DNA of 40,832 bases from NCBI GenBank assembly GCA_030765405.1, contig JAVCCP010000025.1:1-40832 (forward strand). Direction: 5' to 3'. The translations under genes were made by a program, and so were the position numbers. Below are positions 39,888 through 40,832 of this stretch, piece by piece. The notes below the pieces were generated by a model. The model was not told where the DNA came from and made no database searches. It was given only the letters and a program-made list of their open reading frames with translations. Source of the DNA: Candidatus Ancaeobacter aquaticus. Its GTDB lineage: Bacteria; Auribacterota; Ancaeobacteria; Ancaeobacterales; Ancaeobacteraceae. How positions within the stretch are numbered: the first letter of the stretch is position 1; every line of letters starts with the position of its first letter.

Positions 39888-39933
39888 CACATCTTTTAGC
39901 AGCAACTTTAAATGGTAGCTGCTACCATTTATT
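39888..39933. repeat. 46-bp direct repeat, copy 2
   Basis: Identical to 37726-37771; the lipoprotein 5' fragment terminates in its palindrome. Confidence 0.92.
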
Positions 39934-40693
39934 GAATCTGGACATAACAGTTTGAGAGTTTTGGTGGAATATTGGCGCCCGGTCCTGAGCCCATATCGTT
40001 GCTGTAAACATACTTACTAATCCCCGATGAATCAGGCAATCCTTTTTCGTACCCTTGTTGATACACAAACGCGCCTGATCCTTCAGCGAGTCCGCCAACA
40101 AGTACCGCGAGCCACCCATTTATAGGGTTTAAACTCTTCGTTTCATTAAAACCATATTCAATAATCTGTCCACGGATAATTTTGTCAGCTCCCAGTGTAT
40201 TGCCTATTTCTTTTACCTTGCCTTTCGAGAGACCGACTTTCACGCCGTCTAAGACCTTATTATCGCTAAAATCACCCGTCGTATCCTGAGCCATCATATG
40301 AACAAGATTTGCCTGCTGCACTTTTTCATGAGGGTTATTCATCAGTTCCCACTGAGGGTTTGATACATCCTCCACGTTTTTATTCATTACCGCAATAATT
40401 CCTTCTGAAATCAGAAAACCGGTAACATCTTCCTGATTGAGGACAGTGATCCCCCGCGAAACAAGTCCGTCAGTGATCGCCTCTATTACTTTTAAATTGA
40501 TTCCATAGCGGGGATTTCGTAAAAAAGACTGTTCTTTCGAGTAATCCGCAAGCGGGAAAATCGCTACAGTATTCATGTCTTTGACAACGGTCTGCGTTGA
40601 GATCTTCTCGGCCGTAACATTTGTTTTAACAGGTTTCACCGTTGTTGCAACATGCTGGCAACCGATAAAGCTCATAAAACCGGCTAGAATCAC
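39929..40693 (-). pseudogene. 5' part of a lipoprotein gene (CsgG/LpoB/DUF799-like), truncated at the palindrome
   Basis: Lipobox-like FIGC, AIFPLADY and LGADKIIRGQIIEYG. The frame stops at QIQ*, where the left copy continues QIRLYLQDV; the GTG start has a poor RBS. Confidence 0.75.
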
Positions 40694-40832
40694 TGAGCGA
40701 ATTCGGGTCGAGTAGATATAATATGGCCGTCACACTTAGACATGCTTTGTGTTCCCTGTTACTCTCCCCTTTCGGTTTGGAGAGTGTCACATTATTCTGT
40801 CTTATGCTTCGACTTCAACACCCCTCACAGAA

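Larger units (their letters stand above)
32650..40273. mobile_element. Decayed integrative island bounded by ~340-bp direct repeats of a lipoprotein gene
   Basis: Flanking repeats, excisionase-like HTH, integrase remnant and defence-type cargo. Confidence 0.7.

Noticed and set aside
32629..40119. Similar small ORFs 32629-32820 and 39922-40119 as a duplicated gene
   Set aside because: They are alternate frames of the lipoprotein repeat; substitutions are synonymous in the lipoprotein frame, not in these.

Overview
AT-rich chromosomal window from a probable diderm anaerobe (inferred from LolA, lipoproteins, ThiH and a small sulfite reductase). Almost all genes are on the minus strand. 1-9.9 kb: tRNA-Glu, then a sulfur-assimilation and siroheme operon (DUF2061, cysH, sirC-like, hemA, hemC, cobA, hemB, hemL, small sulfite reductase, Cys-less Rrf2/CymR-like regulator, metY, cysK). 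Several tetrapyrrole enzymes are trimmed, and HemC lacks its cofactor-attachment domain. 9.9-12.9 kb: thiS-thiG-thiH-thiF. 12.9-13.9 kb: a STAS/SEC14 gene and a 67-aa GIY-YIG gene flanked by two extra copies of the 3' end of tRNA-Gln. 13.9-31 kb: housekeeping genes (alr, tsaB, tsaE, thiL, mtnA, CAAX protease, LolA-like pair, Opp/Dpp ABC transporter, secG, tpiA, pgk, gap), followed by a plus-strand Ser/Thr kinase. 32.3-40.8 kb: a decayed integrative island inside a split lipoprotein gene, bounded by ~340-bp repeats of about 92% identity. It carries an excisionase-like HTH, an unannotated tyrosine-integrase C-terminal remnant and a Zn-ribbon/endonuclease/RecQ-like helicase with a small membrane partner. 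Nested within it is a 2.16-kb nucleotidyltransferase plus wHTH cassette framed by 46-bp and 21-bp direct repeats. A family of CWG-centred palindromes marks several of the island junctions. All assignments come from reading motifs by eye; no database searches were run.
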